Shown piece after piece: positions 61,008 to 64,000 of a stretch of DNA of 64,000 bases (positions within the stretch are counted from its first letter, which is position 1; each line of letters opens with the position of its first letter). The stretch lies in the NCBI GenBank assembly GCA_965209035.1, contig OZ242372.1, positions 1,536,001-1,600,000 of the forward strand. Reading direction: 5' to 3'. The translations under genes were made by a program, and so were the position numbers. The DNA is from Gammaproteobacteria bacterium. GTDB lineage: Bacteria > Pseudomonadota > Gammaproteobacteria > CBDBNL01 > JAAOII01. The notes under the pieces are model-generated. The model saw only the letters and a list, made by a program, of their open reading frames with translations. It had not been told where the DNA came from and made no database searches.

Positions 61008-61177
61008 CGATGCTTGGATGCTTGGGGGCTTGATGGCTTGGGGGGCTTGGGCCTTGAAAGTGAGAAGTCGGATGTTTGGGTTGAATAGCACGCAAATCTT
61101 ATTTTGGAGGCTGTGGAGGCTGTGGAGGCTGTGAAAGCTGCGGAAAAATGAGCCGGCGGATGTCGGTCGTCATGTGA

Positions 61178-62845
61178 TCATGCTCTCGCTTGCGAATCCC
61201 TCCCCGTAGCCGCCGCCGTATTATTCTCATCCTTATCCCCGCCCCCCGTATGAGCAACATAATTTTGAATAAAGCGGTCAAAGTCGGCGGGATTGTTGCG
61301 AGGGTGCAAGGCAAGGAGTTTTTTTTCTTCTTGTAAGGAGTGCCGGGCTTCCGCAGGCAATTTTTCCCGCAGGGCGGGATCCTGTGGAAAAGAATCGTAA
61401 TATTTTTTGTGGCGGTCTTTTAGCAGAATACCGGCTTCCAGGAATTCCAATTTGTCTGTGCGAATCATATGCATCAGTTGTTTGGCGGGGTGTCGGCTCG
61501 GGTCTTCGGAACGAGAGCGGACAGATGCCAAACTTTCCGAATAAGGTTTTGTGTTGTTTTGCGGTCCCGTTTGATCCATGATTTCGGCAAGGGGAGATAA
61601 CTCGTCTAAAAAGTGCTCCGTTGCCTGTTTAACGGATGTCGGCTTTTGATCCTTGATGAAAATAAACCGCTTATCCGGTTCCAGATTGTTTTGGGTGATT
61701 TGCGTTTCCGTGTGTGTGATTCTTTCGCACTCGTCGGTGTCGATGGGCGGGGAATCTTTTAGAACACAATAGGTCATTAATAGTTGAAGAAAACGGATGT
61801 GCCGGACACCGATGCCCGCGGGTAAGAAAGGGTCTATATCCAGGTTGCGAATCTCCACATACTCCACGCCGTGTTCGCGCAGCATATCTATGGTTTTTTT
61901 CTCGGATGTTCTGGTGGACTTGGGACGCACCGAGGCATAATATTCGTTTTCTATTTGAAGGATGTTGGCGTTCAACTGTTGGTATTCTCCGTCCGCTCCT
62001 TTAATTCCGGCCGCCGCATATCGGGGGTCTTCTTCGCCGAGCATTTTGCCGACCGCTTCCAGGTAGTGTTCCAAACTGTTGAAGCAGATTTTCATGATCT
62101 TGGTATTTTGGTTGACATAGCCCAAGGAACTCATTCGCAAACAGGAAGAATGCGGCCGGGCAAGAGTGCGTTTGCCAAACGGGCGCAAGAAGGAGGGCGG
62201 GGCGGTGCCGTCCAAAAATGAGTTGTCCAATGCGGGCGAAGCGCCGAACAAATAATTGATCACCCAGATGATGCGCAGATAGTTACGCATCAGATGAAAG
62301 TACAGTTGGTTGGGTGACAGGGTTTTGCCGCTGAGTTCGCGATGCAAGTCAAAGAATGCCGGGCGGAAGGAAAAATTGAAATGAATTCCCGCAATGGTTT
62401 GCATGCGTTTGCCGTATCTGAGTGCCAGGCCGCGTCGGTAGATATGCCGCAGGCGACCGGCATAGGAATCCCCGTATTTGGCGATTTCTGTTTTTTCGAT
62501 ATTATCCATGGCCGGCGGCATAGAAAAGGGCCACATCTGTTCGTTTTGCCGGTTTAGAATTTCCGCAACGAAGGCATGGGTTCCCTCAAGAAAACGAATT
62601 AATGCTTCCGCGTTCGCGAAAGGCGGGGTGGTGAACTCCAACAGGGACTCGGCAAAATCCGTGGTGATGAACGGATGGGTCAGGGGCGAACCCGCCGCCT
62701 GCGGATGCGGCGATTTTGATATCCAACAGTCGTTTTGAACCCGCATGGTTTCTCTTTCCAAACCGCACAGGAATAGTTGGTCCGCGGTGACGGCGGTGCG
62801 GCGGCCGCGCCACTTGGAGAGGAGACTGTGATAGTGATCTGCCAC
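61178..62845 (-). CDS. gshA: Glutamate-cysteine ligase
   Basis: GLERE, ITTDFAESLLEF.TP, YG.RMQTIAGIHFNFS, LQIENEYY..VRPK, YVEIR.LD. Confidence 0.96.
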   Translation of the reverse strand: MADHYHSLLSKWRGRRTAVTADQLFLCGLERETMRVQNDCWISKSPHPQAAGSPLTHPFITTDFAESLLEFTTPPFANAEALIRFLEGTHAFVAEILNRQNEQMWPFSMPPAMDNIEKTEIAKYGDSYAGRLRHIYRRGLALRYGKRMQTIAGIHFNFSFRPAFFDLHRELSGKTLSPNQLYFHLMRNYLRIIWVINYLFGASPALDNSFLDGTAPPSFLRPFGKRTLARPHSSCLRMSSLGYVNQNTKIMKICFNSLEHYLEAVGKMLGEEDPRYAAAGIKGADGEYQQLNANILQIENEYYASVRPKSTRTSEKKTIDMLREHGVEYVEIRNLDIDPFLPAGIGVRHIRFLQLLMTYCVLKDSPPIDTDECERITHTETQITQNNLEPDKRFIFIKDQKPTSVKQATEHFLDELSPLAEIMDQTGPQNNTKPYSESLASVRSRSEDPSRHPAKQLMHMIRTDKLEFLEAGILLKDRHKKYYDSFPQDPALREKLPAEARHSLQEEKKLLALHPRNNPADFDRFIQNYVAHTGGGDKDENNTAAATGRDSQARA

Positions 62846-62857
62846 GGGTTTACTTAA

Positions 62858-64000
62858 TCAAAGAACACCGAGTATCTCGAATGCTATCACAGAGAAGATC
62901 GCTAAGGTGGCAATGTAAAACAAGCGTTTATAAAAAACAAGTTTCCGTCGCATTTTTTTTATTTTGGGTTCTTCGCGCCTCTTTGTCAGTTCTCGTCGCG
63001 TGCTTTGCTCCAACAAAAAAAGCGAGTTTGCCGCCAGATCCGGTAACCGCAACAAGAGTTCGGGATACAGGCGGCGGATTTCGCCGAACAGATGTTTGGG
63101 GCCTGTTTCTTGTTTCATCCATTCCGTGAGGTAGGGTTTTGCCGTGTCCCAGACATTCAATTGCGGGTAGAGTTTTCTGCCGAGACCTTCCACATTGATC
63201 AGGGTTTTCTGCAGCAGCAACAGTTGCGGCTGCACTTCCATGTTGAATCGTGCCGCCGTGTACAACAGTCTGGTGAGGACCTTGCCAAAGGAAATCTCTT
63301 CCAAGGATTTGGCAAAGATCGGCTCGCAGACACTGCGCACCGCCGCTTCCAATTGCTCTATCCTGGTTTCGGGAGACACCCAGCCGCAGTTAATGTGTAA
63401 GGCGGCAACGCGGCGATAGTCTCGGTTAAAAAAAGCAAGAAAATTAAGTGCCAGGTATTTCTTGTCGGTGTCCGACAGGGAACCCATAATGCCGAAGTCC
63501 ACTCCTTTGTAAACGGGGTCTTGCGGGTTGTCCGTGCCTACAAAGATATTGCCCGGGTGCATATCCGCATGAAAAAACGAATCACGAAAGACCTGCATAA
63601 AAAAAATGTTCACTCCTTTTTCCGCCAGAACGCGCAGGTTGACACCTCGCCGTTTGAGTTCGTCCACTTCGTCTATGGGAATTCCGTCCATGCGTTCCAT
63701 CACCAGCACCCTGTCGCCGCTATAGTCCCAGTAAATTTTGGGGACGATTAAGAGTTCGGAATCCGCAAAATTGCGCGCAAGTTGAGTTGCATTGGAGCCT
63801 TCCAGTTGCATATCCAACTCGCCGGCAAGTGTGTGTTCAAACTCATTGATGACTTCCCGCAGTCTCAGGCGTTCGCCGCCCTTGAGAATATTGGTGATCA
63901 CGAATGCGACAAAGCGAAGCAAACGAATATCCTTGGCGATGGCTTTTTGTATGCCCGGCTTGATGACCTTGATGACAACTTCTATATTTTCTTTTTTTAA
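62858..64000 (-). CDS. ubiB: Ubiquinone biosynthesis kinase UbiB (5' part beyond window)
   Basis: VVIKVIKPG, FFHADMHPGNI, DFGIMG, VQPQLLLLQKTL..EGLGR; frame open to window end. Confidence 0.96.
   Translation of the reverse strand, partial: LKKENIEVVIKVIKPGIQKAIAKDIRLLRFVAFVITNILKGGERLRLREVINEFEHTLAGELDMQLEGSNATQLARNFADSELLIVPKIYWDYSGDRVLVMERMDGIPIDEVDELKRRGVNLRVLAEKGVNIFFMQVFRDSFFHADMHPGNIFVGTDNPQDPVYKGVDFGIMGSLSDTDKKYLALNFLAFFNRDYRRVAALHINCGWVSPETRIEQLEAAVRSVCEPIFAKSLEEISFGKVLTRLLYTAARFNMEVQPQLLLLQKTLINVEGLGRKLYPQLNVWDTAKPYLTEWMKQETGPKHLFGEIRRLYPELLLRLPDLAANSLFLLEQSTRRELTKRREEPKIKKMRRKLVFYKRLFYIATLAIFSVIAFEILGVL

Overview
Bacterial chromosome segment, most consistent with a Gammaproteobacterium (hemF, pepP-ubiH, dapA-lipoprotein-purC, rsxBC, lolB, gshA, ubiB) with strongly shuffled housekeeping operons. 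Accessory content: (i) an AT-rich restriction-modification island (type III res-mod, an orphan N6-adenine MTase, a ThaI-like REase plus N4-C MTase) next to ahcY and a PfkB kinase; (ii) a four-gene membrane redox module with a ferric-reductase/MsrQ-like-Rieske fusion; (iii) a Panacea (DUF4065) antitoxin with a small membrane partner; (iv) an 11-kb tandem array of four paralogous FN3/TSP3/GLUG surface lipoproteins. In that array three copies carry a coding poly-C tract right after the lipobox (13, 15, 16 nt; only the 15-mer is in frame) and the fourth is split by an IS481-like element with a 5-bp target duplication. Beyond gene content, the 3' ends of several genes (tkt, a 937-aa gene, ubiH-like, pfkB, an MTase) are tandemly re-copied 2-12 times, short micro-duplications are common at gene boundaries, and a same-strand, ~11-bp-phased cluster of DnaA-box-like 9-mers (candidate oriC/DARS) lies beside the largest array. 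All calls come from motif recognition by eye; no database searches were run.
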